Part shown: positions 10,381-21,192 of the stretch, piece after piece | Position numbering within the stretch: position 1 is the first letter of the stretch | How the letters are laid out: each line of letters opens with the position of its first letter | Origin: an uncultured Clostridia bacterium | GTDB taxonomy: Bacteria; Bacillota; Clostridia; UMGS1810 | DNA: 64,000 bases | Direction of reading: 5' to 3' | NCBI GenBank assembly: GCA_934500875.1 | Contig: CAKSTL010000005.1 | Location: 71,671 to 135,670 of the forward strand | Notes under the pieces: model-generated | What the model was told of the DNA's origin: nothing | Seen by the model: the letters and a program-made list of their open reading frames with translations, nothing else | Database searches by the model: none | Program-made: the position numbers and the translations under genes

Positions 10381-11541
10381 TTACAGTTTTTCTATCGTTT
10401 CCATAACATAAGCTGCAAATTCTTTTGCCGTTGCGCCTTCCTTTGTGCCGGTAACAACAACCTTTTTCTCCTTGTCTGCGCATATGGTAAGCGCCTCGCC
10501 GAGAAGGTGCGCCTGTTTTGCAAAACCAATGTGCATAAGCAGCATTTCGGTTGCTTTAAGTATGCTGGAGGGATTTGCATATTCTGCAATGCCTTCCTCA
10601 ACCATACGGGGCGCCGAACCGTGGATTGCCTCAAACATAGCGTATTTTTTGCCGAGGTTTGAGCTTCCGGCAGTGCCCACGCCGCCCTGAATCTGAGCCG
10701 CTTCGTCGGTTATTATGTCACCGTAGAGATTCGGCAGAACAAACACCTCAAACGAGCTTCTTATATCCTCGTTGATAAGGTTTGCCGTCATAATGTCAAC
10801 ATACCACGAATCGAGCGTGATACCGGGGTAATCCTTTGCAACCTCTTTGCAGATATCCAAAAATTTTCCGTCTGTGGTTTTTATGATATTTGCCTTTGTA
10901 ACGGCAGAAACACGCTTCTTGCCGTTGTTTTTTGCAAATTCAAACGCCGCTCTTGCAATTCTTTCGCAGCCGCCGGTTGTATGTATGCAAAAATCCACCG
11001 CAAGGTCGTCGGTAACGTTTATGCCTTGCGAGCCGACAGCGTATGAGCCTTCGGTGTTCTCTCTGAAAAACGTCCAGTCAATGCCTTTTTCGGGCACTTT
11101 TACCGGTCTTACGTTTGCAAAAAGGTCAAGCTCACGGCGCATTGTAACGTTTGCGCTCTCAAGATTAGGCAAGCCGTCGCCCTTGCTCGGTGTGGTTGTG
11201 GGGCCTTTTAAAAGCACGTTGCATTTTTTAATTTCTTCCATAACGTCGTCGGGAATGGATTTTAACTGCTTTACACGGTTTTCAATTGTAAGACCTTCAA
11301 TTTTTTTAAGCTCAATCCTGCCGCTTTTTATCTCGTCCTTAAGAAGGAATTTTAAAATGTTTTCCGCCTCGCTGAGGATAATCGGACCTATTCCGTCGCC
11401 CGGAATTATGCCGATAACAATTTTGTCAAGTGCCGAAAAATCGGTAAATTCTTCGCCCTCGCCAAGCCTTTGCGCACGCTCAATCTGCTTTTTTAAAAGC
11501 TGTGCAAATTTTTCTGTCGCCTGATTAATATAATCGTTCAT
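10381..11541 (-). CDS. isocitrate/isopropylmalate dehydrogenase family protein, probably NAD(P)-dependent isocitrate dehydrogenase
   Basis: The beta-decarboxylating dehydrogenase signature NLYGDIITDEAA and the motif GSAPRMVEEG are present. It is adjacent to and co-oriented with aconitase, which favours Icd over LeuB. Confidence 0.7.
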   Translation of the reverse strand: MNDYINQATEKFAQLLKKQIERAQRLGEGEEFTDFSALDKIVIGIIPGDGIGPIILSEAENILKFLLKDEIKSGRIELKKIEGLTIENRVKQLKSIPDDVMEEIKKCNVLLKGPTTTPSKGDGLPNLESANVTMRRELDLFANVRPVKVPEKGIDWTFFRENTEGSYAVGSQGINVTDDLAVDFCIHTTGGCERIARAAFEFAKNNGKKRVSAVTKANIIKTTDGKFLDICKEVAKDYPGITLDSWYVDIMTANLINEDIRSSFEVFVLPNLYGDIITDEAAQIQGGVGTAGSSNLGKKYAMFEAIHGSAPRMVEEGIAEYANPSSILKATEMLLMHIGFAKQAHLLGEALTICADKEKKVVVTGTKEGATAKEFAAYVMETIEKL

Positions 11542-11556
11542 ATCTCTCTCCCGTCT

Positions 11557-13488
11557 TTATTTTGACATCTCTTTTGTATAGTTTAACAGTCCGCCAAGAA
11601 GCATCATATCTCTCTGACGGTCGGACAGCGTGAAGTTAACTTTAAATTCAGTGCCTTTTGTAATGTTTTTAACAATAAGCGAGCTGTCGTTTTTAACGCT
11701 TTCGATTGCGTTTTCAATCACAAGTTCGTCCATTGCGCCGATACTGTCGTAGTCTGCCTCGTTATCGAACGTAAGGGGCAAAATTCCCGAATTTATAAGG
11801 TTTGCCATATGAATACGCGCAAACGATTTTGCAATAACGCCCTTTATGCCGAGATACAAAGGCGCAAGCGCTGCGTGTTCTCTTGACGAACCCTGACCGT
11901 AGTTTGAACCTGCGATAATAAATCCGCCGCCGTTTTCTTTTGCACGCTCCGAGAATTTATCGTCGCACGGAGCAAGGCAGAAGTTTGAAAGATACGGTAT
12001 GTTTGAACGGAACGGCAAAAGCTTTGCGTTGGACGGCATAATGTGGTCGGTCGTGATGTTGTCCTCAACCTTTATAAGAGCCTTGCCCGATACAGTGTTT
12101 TCAAGCTTTTTGTTTATGGGAAATTCCTTTATGTTCGGACCCCGCACTACTTCGACGTCATTGTTTTCGGGCGCCGGTTCAACAACCATATTGTCGTTTA
12201 TAAGAAATTTTTCGGGCATTTGTATTTCGTTTGAAATATCAAGTTCGGTCGGGTCGGAAAGATATCCGTTAATTGCCGAAAGCGCCGCAGTTTCGGGGCT
12301 TACAAGGTAAACCTTTGCGGATTTTGTGCCGCTTCTGCCTTCAAAGTTTCTGTTGAATGTTCTAAGCGATACAGCGTCCGTCTTGGGCGACTGACCCATA
12401 CCGATACACGGACCGCACGCAGTTTCCAAAATTCTTGCGCCGGCTGCAATCATATCTGCAAGAGCGCCGTTTTGCGAAAGCATATTGAGCACCTGACGTG
12501 AACCCGGAGATATAACAAGGCTTACGTCCTCGGCAACGGTTTTTCCTTTTAAGATTTTTGCAACCTTCATCATATCCATATAAGACGAGTTTGTGCAGCT
12601 TCCGATTGCCACTTGGTCAACCTTGATTTTGCCGATATTTTTAACGCTGTCAACAAGGTCGGGCATATGCGGTTTTGCCGCAAGCGGAACAAGTTTTGAC
12701 AAATCTATCGTAAGCTCTTCGTCATACTGTGCGTCATCATCGGGAAGAATGTACGAAAAATCGTCCTCTCTGTCCTGCGCCTTAAGAAACGCTTTTGTAA
12801 TGTCGTCGCTCGGGAAAACGGAGGTTGTTGCGCCAAGTTCCGCACCCATATTTGTGATTGTTGCCCTTTCGGGAACGGATAAGGTTTTAACGCCTTCGCC
12901 CGAATATTCTATAACCTTGCCCACGCCGCCTTTAACGGTTAAAATACGAAGGACCTCCAAAATAATGTCCTTTGCGGCAACCCAGGGCTTTAATTTTCCT
13001 GTAAGATTAACCCTTACAACCTTGGGCATTGTAATATAATATGCGCCGCCGCCCATTGCAACCGCAACGTCAAGACCGCCTGCGCCGATTGCAAGCATAC
13101 CTATGCCGCCGCCCGTGGGGGTGTGGCTGTCCGAGCCGAGAAGGGTCTGACCGGGAATACCGAAACGTTCAAGATGCACCTGATGGCAAATTCCGTTTCC
13201 GGGACGTGAAAAGTAAATTCCGTGTTTTTTTGTAACGGTTTGAATATACTTGTGGTCGTCCGCATTTTCAAAGCCCGACTGAAGCGTGTTGTGGTCGATA
13301 TAAGCAACCGAGCGCTTTGTTTTAACCCTCGGAATACCTATTGCCTCAAACTCAAGATACGCCATTGTTCCGGTTGAATCCTGCGTAAGCGTCTGGTCAA
13401 TTTTAATTGCAATTTCTTCGCCTGCGGTCATATTGCCCGAAACAAGGTGGCTTTTTATAATTTTTTGTGTAATGTTCAAAAAAATCAT
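11557..13488 (-). CDS. aconitate hydratase
   Basis: This is a 643 aa aconitase-family protein. Fe-S ligand cysteines are present (GSCTNSS, CGPCIG) and the swivel domain is C-terminal. Confidence 0.85.
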   Translation of the reverse strand: MIFLNITQKIIKSHLVSGNMTAGEEIAIKIDQTLTQDSTGTMAYLEFEAIGIPRVKTKRSVAYIDHNTLQSGFENADDHKYIQTVTKKHGIYFSRPGNGICHQVHLERFGIPGQTLLGSDSHTPTGGGIGMLAIGAGGLDVAVAMGGGAYYITMPKVVRVNLTGKLKPWVAAKDIILEVLRILTVKGGVGKVIEYSGEGVKTLSVPERATITNMGAELGATTSVFPSDDITKAFLKAQDREDDFSYILPDDDAQYDEELTIDLSKLVPLAAKPHMPDLVDSVKNIGKIKVDQVAIGSCTNSSYMDMMKVAKILKGKTVAEDVSLVISPGSRQVLNMLSQNGALADMIAAGARILETACGPCIGMGQSPKTDAVSLRTFNRNFEGRSGTKSAKVYLVSPETAALSAINGYLSDPTELDISNEIQMPEKFLINDNMVVEPAPENNDVEVVRGPNIKEFPINKKLENTVSGKALIKVEDNITTDHIMPSNAKLLPFRSNIPYLSNFCLAPCDDKFSERAKENGGGFIIAGSNYGQGSSREHAALAPLYLGIKGVIAKSFARIHMANLINSGILPLTFDNEADYDSIGAMDELVIENAIESVKNDSSLIVKNITKGTEFKVNFTLSDRQRDMMLLGGLLNYTKEMSK

Positions 13489-13589
13489 TCCCTTCGTCAG
13501 TATTGTAAATTTTTGGGTTTTCAGCCTTTATGATAATTATATTTTATAAAAATATACAGCCTGTGTCAATGTGCGCTTTACACATAAGT

Positions 13590-14945
13590 TTACATAACTT
13601 TGATTTGTTTTTTATACACTTTAATATACATAAATATGCAGAATACGAGCGAAACCGACTCGGCAATCGGAAAAGCGAACCAGACGTTTGTTACGCCGAA
13701 CCCGGACAAAAACTTTGCAACGGGCAAAATCAGCACAATCTGCCGCAGAAACGACACTGTAAGCGAGTAAACCCCTTTGCCGGTTGCCTGGAAAAACGTA
13801 CCGAATATTATGCCTATCGCAGCAGGCACAAAGTTTAACGATATAATCCTTAAAGCCGGAATACCGATTTCGAGCATATCGGGCTTTGCGTTGAAAATCA
13901 AAAGCAATTGTTTCGGAAAAATGGAGAAAACAGCCATTCCCAAAGCCATAATGACCGCCGCAATGGCAGTGCCTTTTTTAACTGCGTCAACAAGGCGCCT
14001 TCTGTTTCGTGCGCCGTAGTTGTAGCCCATAATGGGCATAACCCCCTGTGTAAGACCGAAAACAGGCATAAACACAAACGATTGCAGCTTGTAATACACT
14101 CCCAGCACCGTAACGGCGGTAGGGGTAAGCACGATAAGAATTTTATTGAGCAGGGTAATAAGCACCGACGCTATGCTCTGCATAACGATAGACGGTATTC
14201 CCACAATGTAAATATCCTTTATCGTTTTTGCACGGAATTTAAAGTTTTTAAGCGAAAATTTCACGTGAAAATCTTTTTTGTGCGCAATATAAACTGCATA
14301 AAACATTGATACAATCTGCCCCATAACGGTTGCGATTGCTGCGCCGGCAACGCCCATGGGCGGAATAAAGCCTGCACCGAAAATAAAAATCGGGTCGAAA
14401 ATAAGGTTTATAACAGCGCCGATAAGCTGAAAAATCATAGGATAGAGCATATTGCCCGTAGCCTGTATGGATTTTTCAATGTTCACCTCTATAAACACGC
14501 CGAACGAGAAAACCATAACAATCCACATATAGTCGTTTCCCCAGTTTATGATGTTTTGCGAAACGTTTTCGGCGCCCTTTGCCATAGAGGCAATGAACGG
14601 CTTTGTAAAAAACAGCCCTATAAGCGCAAAAACAACCCACGTTATAAACGCCAGAACAATTCCGTGGTTTGCTGCGTGCGAGGCTTCGTCATATTCTTTT
14701 TCGCCCAGTCTTCTTGAAATAAGCGAGTTTACGCCGACTCCCGTGCCGACGGCGAACGATATAATAAGCATTTGCATTGGATACACCAGCGACACCGCCG
14801 TAAGAGCGTCCTCGCCGATAAGTGATACGAATATACTGTCCACAATATTATACAGTGCCTGAATCAGCATTGAAAACATTGCCGGCAGCGACATTGAAAA
14901 AATAAGCTTGGTCATAGGCATTGTGCCCATTTTGTTTTCTGACAT
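13590..14945 (-). CDS. MATE family efflux transporter
   Basis: This is a 451 aa 12-TM protein with a MATE-type N-terminus (LPAMFSMLIQALYNIVDSIFVS). Confidence 0.85.
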   Translation of the reverse strand: MSENKMGTMPMTKLIFSMSLPAMFSMLIQALYNIVDSIFVSLIGEDALTAVSLVYPMQMLIISFAVGTGVGVNSLISRRLGEKEYDEASHAANHGIVLAFITWVVFALIGLFFTKPFIASMAKGAENVSQNIINWGNDYMWIVMVFSFGVFIEVNIEKSIQATGNMLYPMIFQLIGAVINLIFDPIFIFGAGFIPPMGVAGAAIATVMGQIVSMFYAVYIAHKKDFHVKFSLKNFKFRAKTIKDIYIVGIPSIVMQSIASVLITLLNKILIVLTPTAVTVLGVYYKLQSFVFMPVFGLTQGVMPIMGYNYGARNRRRLVDAVKKGTAIAAVIMALGMAVFSIFPKQLLLIFNAKPDMLEIGIPALRIISLNFVPAAIGIIFGTFFQATGKGVYSLTVSFLRQIVLILPVAKFLSGFGVTNVWFAFPIAESVSLVFCIFMYIKVYKKQIKVM

Positions 14946-15044
14946 TTCTTTTGTAAAATCCTTTCAGTTAGCGCTATCATATTATTTTATCATAAATTTA
15001 AAATGCTGTCAAACAAGAATTTTAATTAAAAAAAGACTGCCTTT

Positions 15045-15091
15045 AGCCGCTCCTCGATAAGAAGGCAATGCTTACTTATCGAGGAGCGGCT
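15045..15091. repeat. imperfect palindromic element (17 bp arms, 13 nt loop), one member of a local repeat family
   Basis: The left arm AGCCGCTCCTCGATAAG and right arm CTTATCGAGGAGCGGCT are separated by the loop AAGGCAATGCTTA. The same arms and loop occur at 33988-34017 and 34239-34267. Confidence 0.6.
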
Positions 15092-15129
15092 TTAAAAAAT
15101 ATTTTTATAAGACAGTCCTTTTTTAAATT

Positions 15130-15375
15130 TTAAAGATATGCGGCGTTCGACTTTAATTCCCTGTTTTTCATCCTCGTATAAATGCGCCTTTTCGCAAGCC
15201 TTTTGGCAAAGGCGAACGCTCTTTTTAAAAACGCACCCGAAACAATAAGCTTCAGTGCAAAAACAAGCTGCGACGCCGTCTGCGCTATGCTTATCGTCTC
15301 CGAGTCGGACGCACCTGCCGTGCCGATTATGAGTATTATGCCTGCAACAATTAAAAGATTGAAAATGTTTTTCAT
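15130..15375 (-). CDS. small membrane protein, hypothetical
   Basis: The 81 aa product has an N-terminal TM helix and a basic C-terminal tail. An AGGAAG RBS is upstream. Confidence 0.45.
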   Translation of the reverse strand: MKNIFNLLIVAGIILIIGTAGASDSETISIAQTASQLVFALKLIVSGAFLKRAFAFAKRLAKRRIYTRMKNRELKSNAAYL

Positions 15376-15533
15376 TGTGATTACTTCCTTTCTTTATCTT
15401 ATGGCACCATTATAAAATACTAACTGTCCCAAAAAACGGACAATAAAACGTTTGCATATTTTTATATTTTGTGATACAATACTGTAGAATAAAATTTTTT
15501 AATTTTTTTATTGCAAATCCGGAGGCTTTATAT

Positions 15534-17906
15534 ATGGATAAAAAGGTTTTGAAAACACTTGAATTTGACAAAATATTAAAACGGCTTGCCGACTTTGCCG
15601 TTATGGAAACCACAAAAGACGAAATTATGAATATAATGCCTGCAAAAACCAAAAAGGCGGCGCAGAAAATGCAGAGCGAAACCAAAGAGGCGGCTGCCGT
15701 TCTGGTAAAATGCGGCTCTCTGCCGATTTTGTGCGTGTCGGACGTAACGGCTTCTTTAAAGCGTGCGGATATGGGCGGAACGCTTACGCCGAGCGAGCTT
15801 TTAAACATTGCAAAGGTTCTTGAAACGGCAAGAAGAATAAAAATGCACACAAAAAACGCAGAATGTACCCTTCTTTCGGAGCATATAGACGCTCTTTACG
15901 AGGACAAGCGTCTTGAAACCGACATAACGGGCAAAATTATAGACGCCGAAACAATTGCGGACGACGCAAGCAGCACCCTTCTTGACATACGAAGAAAAAT
16001 ACGTTCGGCAAACAACAGGGTTAAAGACATTCTGCAAAAAATAATAACTTCGCCGTCGCACCAAAAGCACCTTCAGGAGCAGATTATAACGCTTAGGGGC
16101 GACAGATACGTTATACCGCTCAAGGCAGAATACAAGGGCGTTATACAGGGCGTCGTGCACGACGTTTCGGCAACCGGGTCAACCCTGTTTTTGGAGCCTA
16201 TGAGCGTTGTTGAAACAAACAACGAAATAAGAAGGCTTTCGGGCGAGGAAAAGGACGAGATAGAAAAAATTCTTGCAGATCTTACAAATCAGGTATCTCT
16301 CGTTTCAAAGCTTGTAAAAATGAGCTACGACACCGTTTCGTATATCGACCTTATATTCGCAAAGGGCAAATATGCGCTTGAAACCGACGCTTTTGCGCCC
16401 GAAATAAACGATAAAGGGCAGATTAACCTAAAGCGTGCAAGGCATCCTCTGATAGATGCGAAAAAAGTGGTTGCAACCGATATTTATCTCGGAAAAAACT
16501 TTGATACGCTTGTCATTACCGGCCCCAACACCGGCGGAAAAACGGTAACTCTTAAAACAATCGGGCTTCTGACGGTTATGGCGCTGTCGGGATTGCACAT
16601 CACAGCAGAAGAAGGGTCGGAAATTTCGGTTTTTGAAAACGTTTTTGCCGATATCGGCGACGAACAGAGCATTGAGCAGAGCCTGAGCACCTTCTCGGCG
16701 CATATGGTTAACATTGTTGACATTCTTTCAAAAATCAGTGATAAAAGCCTTTGCCTTTTTGACGAGCTCGGCGCAGGAACAGACCCCACGGAGGGCGCCG
16801 CTCTTGCGATAAGTATTCTCGAATACGTTAAGGGCAGCGGTGCAAAATGCGCCGCAACAACGCATTACAGCGAGCTTAAGATTTATGCCCTTTCCACAAA
16901 CAGGGTAGAAAATGCGTCCTGCGAGTTTGACATTGAAACGCTTGCGCCCACCTACAGGCTTCTTATAGGAATTCCGGGAAAGAGCAACGCTTTTGCAATT
17001 TCAAAACGTTTGGGACTTTCCGAATTTATAATAGACAACGCAAAAAAGCATATTGACAGCGAAAGCGTTAAATTTGAGGACGTTATATCAGAGCTTGAGA
17101 AAAACAGAATTTTGACCGAGCGCGAAAAAAACAAGGCGCAAAGCTATAAAACCGAAGCGGAAAACATTAAAAAAGAAATGGCAAAGCGCAATAAAATTCT
17201 GGACGAAAAAACCGAAAAAATTATAGAAAAAGCCCGCAGCGAGGCTAAAAAAATAATAGAGGACGCAAAAAGGGAAACCGAAGAAGCGCTGAGTCAAATT
17301 AAAAAAGCGCAGAAAATGAGGGATTTGACCGAGGCAAACCGTGAAATGGAGCGTGCAAGGCAGAAGCTCAGCAGCAAAAACAAAGAAAACGCACAAAAGC
17401 TTTCGCAGAGAAAAACGGAGCAGGAAAAGAACACAAAAGCGCCGAAAAGCGTAAAATTGGGCGACAGCGTTGAAATTGTGAGCATAGGTCAGAAGGGCGA
17501 CGTTGTAACCCTTCCCGACAGAAGCGGAAACCTTGTTGTAAAGGTTGGAATTATGAAGCTTAAGTCAAATTTGTCGGATTTGCGCCTTATTAAGGAGGAA
17601 AAACCGAAAAACAGTCAAAAAAAGCAGGGTGGTGCGTTCGGCGGAAACGCAAAGTATATGAACGTTTCGACAGAGCTTGATTTAAGGGGCGAAAATATTG
17701 AAGACTCGATATATATACTCGACAAATTCTTGGACGACGCAGTTTTGTCGTCGCTTACGCAGGTGCGTATAATCCACGGCAAGGGTACCGGCGCATTAAG
17801 ACAGGGGATACATCAGTATCTTAAAAAACAGCCGAGGGTTGAAAGTTTTGCGCTTGCCTCATACGGCGAGGGCGACAGCGGCGTTACGGTAGTTAAGCTT
17901 AAATAG
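15534..17906 (+). CDS. mutS2: endonuclease MutS2
   Basis: The MutS ATPase core with a Walker A motif (GPNTGGKT) and a C-terminal Smr domain are present. The start was chosen at MDKKVL after a GGAGG RBS. Confidence 0.9.
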   Translation: MDKKVLKTLEFDKILKRLADFAVMETTKDEIMNIMPAKTKKAAQKMQSETKEAAAVLVKCGSLPILCVSDVTASLKRADMGGTLTPSELLNIAKVLETARRIKMHTKNAECTLLSEHIDALYEDKRLETDITGKIIDAETIADDASSTLLDIRRKIRSANNRVKDILQKIITSPSHQKHLQEQIITLRGDRYVIPLKAEYKGVIQGVVHDVSATGSTLFLEPMSVVETNNEIRRLSGEEKDEIEKILADLTNQVSLVSKLVKMSYDTVSYIDLIFAKGKYALETDAFAPEINDKGQINLKRARHPLIDAKKVVATDIYLGKNFDTLVITGPNTGGKTVTLKTIGLLTVMALSGLHITAEEGSEISVFENVFADIGDEQSIEQSLSTFSAHMVNIVDILSKISDKSLCLFDELGAGTDPTEGAALAISILEYVKGSGAKCAATTHYSELKIYALSTNRVENASCEFDIETLAPTYRLLIGIPGKSNAFAISKRLGLSEFIIDNAKKHIDSESVKFEDVISELEKNRILTEREKNKAQSYKTEAENIKKEMAKRNKILDEKTEKIIEKARSEAKKIIEDAKRETEEALSQIKKAQKMRDLTEANREMERARQKLSSKNKENAQKLSQRKTEQEKNTKAPKSVKLGDSVEIVSIGQKGDVVTLPDRSGNLVVKVGIMKLKSNLSDLRLIKEEKPKNSQKKQGGAFGGNAKYMNVSTELDLRGENIEDSIYILDKFLDDAVLSSLTQVRIIHGKGTGALRQGIHQYLKKQPRVESFALASYGEGDSGVTVVKLK

Positions 17907-18074
17907 CGTAAGAAGGGTAAGCGACAACGGTTTAAACGGAAAAAACGCTGCGCTAAGGGTTTGCGCCCGATATCAAGCCGAAAAAATTAAAAATTGCCAT
18001 CTTTTTCGGATTATCTTCTTTCGGCAAAACGGCGCATTTATACTCAAAATAAGTTTTAAAAGGCGTGATTTAAA

Positions 18075-19067
18075 GTGGCAAAGGAAAGCAATCAGAAGCT
18101 TAAGCTTTTATACCTTTTGAAGGCGCTTTACGAAGAAAGCGACGAGGAGCATTTTGTTTCTATGAAGTATCTTACGGCATATCTTTCGTCGCACGGAATT
18201 TATGCCGAGAGAAAGTCGGTTTATTCGGATATATGCGAGCTTGAGCGCTTCGGGTTTGACATAATAAGCAAAAAGGGCAGAAACGCAGGCTATGCGCTTG
18301 TCGGGCGCAGTTTTGAAACCGCTCAGCTTAAGCTTTTGTGCGATTCGGTAAATGCGTCACGGTTTATAACCGAAAAAAAGAGCAGGGAGCTTATTAAAAA
18401 AATAGAGGGTTTAACAAGCCGCCACAGCGCAAAAAAGCTGAACCGCCAGCTTTATACCACAGATAGGGTAAAGAGCGGAAACGAAACCATTTATTACAAT
18501 GTAGATACGCTTCACGACGCAATTTCCGAGAAAAAGAAGGTTGCGTTTATGTATTTTGAATATAACACCGACAAGCAAAAGGTTATGAAAAACGGCGGTG
18601 CGGAATATGTTGTTTCGCCCTATGCGCTTACCTTCAGCGACGAAAACTATTATCTTGTTTCGCACTATGAAAAGCACGGAAACCTTACAAATTTCAGGGT
18701 TGACAAAATGGAAAAAATACGCATTTTGAAAGATGAGTGCGAAAATATTGAAAACGTTACGCAAAAAGGATTTAAGCTTTCAAGCTATACAAAAAGGCTT
18801 TTCGGAATGTTTGCGGGCAGCGAGGTAAACGTAAAGCTTTTGTGTGAAAATTCGCTTGTCAATGCGGTTACAGACCGTTTCGGAAGGGATATTTTAATCC
18901 GCAAAGAGGGAAGCGAACATTTTGTTGCGACGATAAGCGTTGCCGACAGTCCTACATTTTTTGCGTGGGTTTTCACCTTCGGGCGAAAAATAAAAATAAT
19001 TTCGCCGCCCGAAATTTCGGAAAAATTTAAGAATATGGCGCAGAGCGTCTGCGATATTTATAAGTAA
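18075..19067 (+). CDS. HTH plus WYL-domain transcriptional regulator (YafY/PafBC-like)
   Basis: An N-terminal HTH is followed by WYL-type sequence (YFEYNTDKQ...YVVSPYALTFSDENYYLVSH). Confidence 0.75.
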   Translation: MAKESNQKLKLLYLLKALYEESDEEHFVSMKYLTAYLSSHGIYAERKSVYSDICELERFGFDIISKKGRNAGYALVGRSFETAQLKLLCDSVNASRFITEKKSRELIKKIEGLTSRHSAKKLNRQLYTTDRVKSGNETIYYNVDTLHDAISEKKKVAFMYFEYNTDKQKVMKNGGAEYVVSPYALTFSDENYYLVSHYEKHGNLTNFRVDKMEKIRILKDECENIENVTQKGFKLSSYTKRLFGMFAGSEVNVKLLCENSLVNAVTDRFGRDILIRKEGSEHFVATISVADSPTFFAWVFTFGRKIKIISPPEISEKFKNMAQSVCDIYK

Positions 19068-19083
19068 AGGAGTTTTTGTAAAA

Positions 19084-19755
19084 ATGTATAAAGCAGCGGT
19101 TTTTGACTTGGACGGCACAATTGCCGATACCATTGACACTATTTGTTACTACGGCAACCGTTCAATGAAAAAGTTTAATTTGCCGTGCATTGAGCGTGAC
19201 AGATATAAATATCTTGTCGGCTGCGGCTATGAAAATCTGGTGAAGGGTATGCTGTGCGAAAAGGGCGCATACACCGACGGGCTTTTTGACGAGATGAAAA
19301 GCTATTACCACGACGATTACGAAACCGATTCAATGTATCTTACAAAGCCTTACGACGGAATTTTGGAAACGGTTGCGTTTTTGAAAAACCAAGGCTTTAA
19401 GCTGGGCGTTTTGTCAAACAAGCCCACCGGCGCAGTGCACGACGTTATAGACGCATTTTTTGAAAAAGGCACGTTTGACATCTGCCTCGGAGGGGGAGAG
19501 GGATTTCCTTTAAAGCCCGACCCGTCGGCGCTTTTTCATATTTTGAAAGAGCTTGATGTCAAGCTTTGCGAATGTATTTATATCGGCGACACAAAAGTGG
19601 ATGTTGAAACGGGAAAGGCGGCAAACGTTTTCACAATCGGCGCATTGTGGGGATTTCGCACCTACGACGAGCTAAAGAGCGCAGGAGCGGACGTTATTGC
19701 AAGCGTTCCTTCCGACATCTGCGATATTGTGAAAGAGAAAAATAATATTAATTAA
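19084..19755 (+). CDS. HAD family hydrolase (phosphoglycolate phosphatase-like)
   Basis: HAD motif I (VFDLDGTIADT), the SNKP motif and motif IV (GDTKVD) are all present. Confidence 0.8.
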   Translation: MYKAAVFDLDGTIADTIDTICYYGNRSMKKFNLPCIERDRYKYLVGCGYENLVKGMLCEKGAYTDGLFDEMKSYYHDDYETDSMYLTKPYDGILETVAFLKNQGFKLGVLSNKPTGAVHDVIDAFFEKGTFDICLGGGEGFPLKPDPSALFHILKELDVKLCECIYIGDTKVDVETGKAANVFTIGALWGFRTYDELKSAGADVIASVPSDICDIVKEKNNIN

Positions 19756-19792
19756 AAATTTTTTGTGCGCATAAAATTTAAGAAGGATTTAA

Positions 19793-20578
<786 letters not shown>

Positions 20579-20613
20579 TTGGGCAAAAAATTTAAAAAAG
20601 GAGCGAAAATATT

Positions 20614-21165
20614 ATGGCAAAATACGAGCAGTTTGAAACGAAAATGAAAAAATGCATATCTTCTCTGGAGTTTGATTTAAACACCATAAGAGCAGGCAGG
20701 GCAAACGCTGCCGTGCTTGATAAAATTACGGTTGAATATTACGGAGTTGCCTCGCCCCTTGCGCAGGTTGCTTCAATTTCGGTTCCCGACGCAAGAACAA
20801 TTGTCATTGCGCCGTGGGATATGAGCCTTGTGGGCGAAATAGAAAAGGCAATTTTAAAATCCGAGCTCGGCATCAATCCGCAGAACGACGGCAAAAGCGT
20901 AAGGCTTAATTTTCCGCCGCTTACCGAGGAAAGAAGAAAAGAACTTGTTAAAGAAGTAAGCAAAAAAGGCGAAAATTCAAAGGTTGCGGTGCGAAACGTG
21001 CGCAGGGACGCAATGGAATTTTATAAAGCCGAAAAGAAAAACGGAGACGTTACCGAGGACGAACTTAAAACAATCGAAAAGGACATTCAAAACCTTACCG
21101 ACAAGTACATCAAAAATGTTGACGACACCGTTTCGGCAAAGGAAAAAGAAATTTTGTCGGTTTGA
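20614..21165 (+). CDS. frr: ribosome recycling factor
   Basis: This is a 183 aa RRF with the motifs LNTIRAGRAN and ITVEYYG. Confidence 0.95.
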   Translation: MAKYEQFETKMKKCISSLEFDLNTIRAGRANAAVLDKITVEYYGVASPLAQVASISVPDARTIVIAPWDMSLVGEIEKAILKSELGINPQNDGKSVRLNFPPLTEERRKELVKEVSKKGENSKVAVRNVRRDAMEFYKAEKKNGDVTEDELKTIEKDIQNLTDKYIKNVDDTVSAKEKEILSV

Positions 21166-21192
21166 TTTATTTAAATTCGGAGGACGCATAAA

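Noticed and set aside
13562-13584. Palindrome upstream of aconitase as a canonical Rex operator
   Set aside because: The half-sites TGTGTCAA/TTTACACA deviate from TTGTGAA/TTCACAA, and the spacing is 7 rather than 4. It is kept only as a low-confidence regulatory candidate in the findings.
15045-15091. Interpreting the 15045-15091 palindrome simply as the rho-independent terminator of the small minus-strand gene
   Set aside because: The U-tract on the minus strand starts about 9 nt after the stem rather than directly abutting it. The same unit also recurs at 33988-34267. It is better described as a repeat element that may incidentally terminate transcription.
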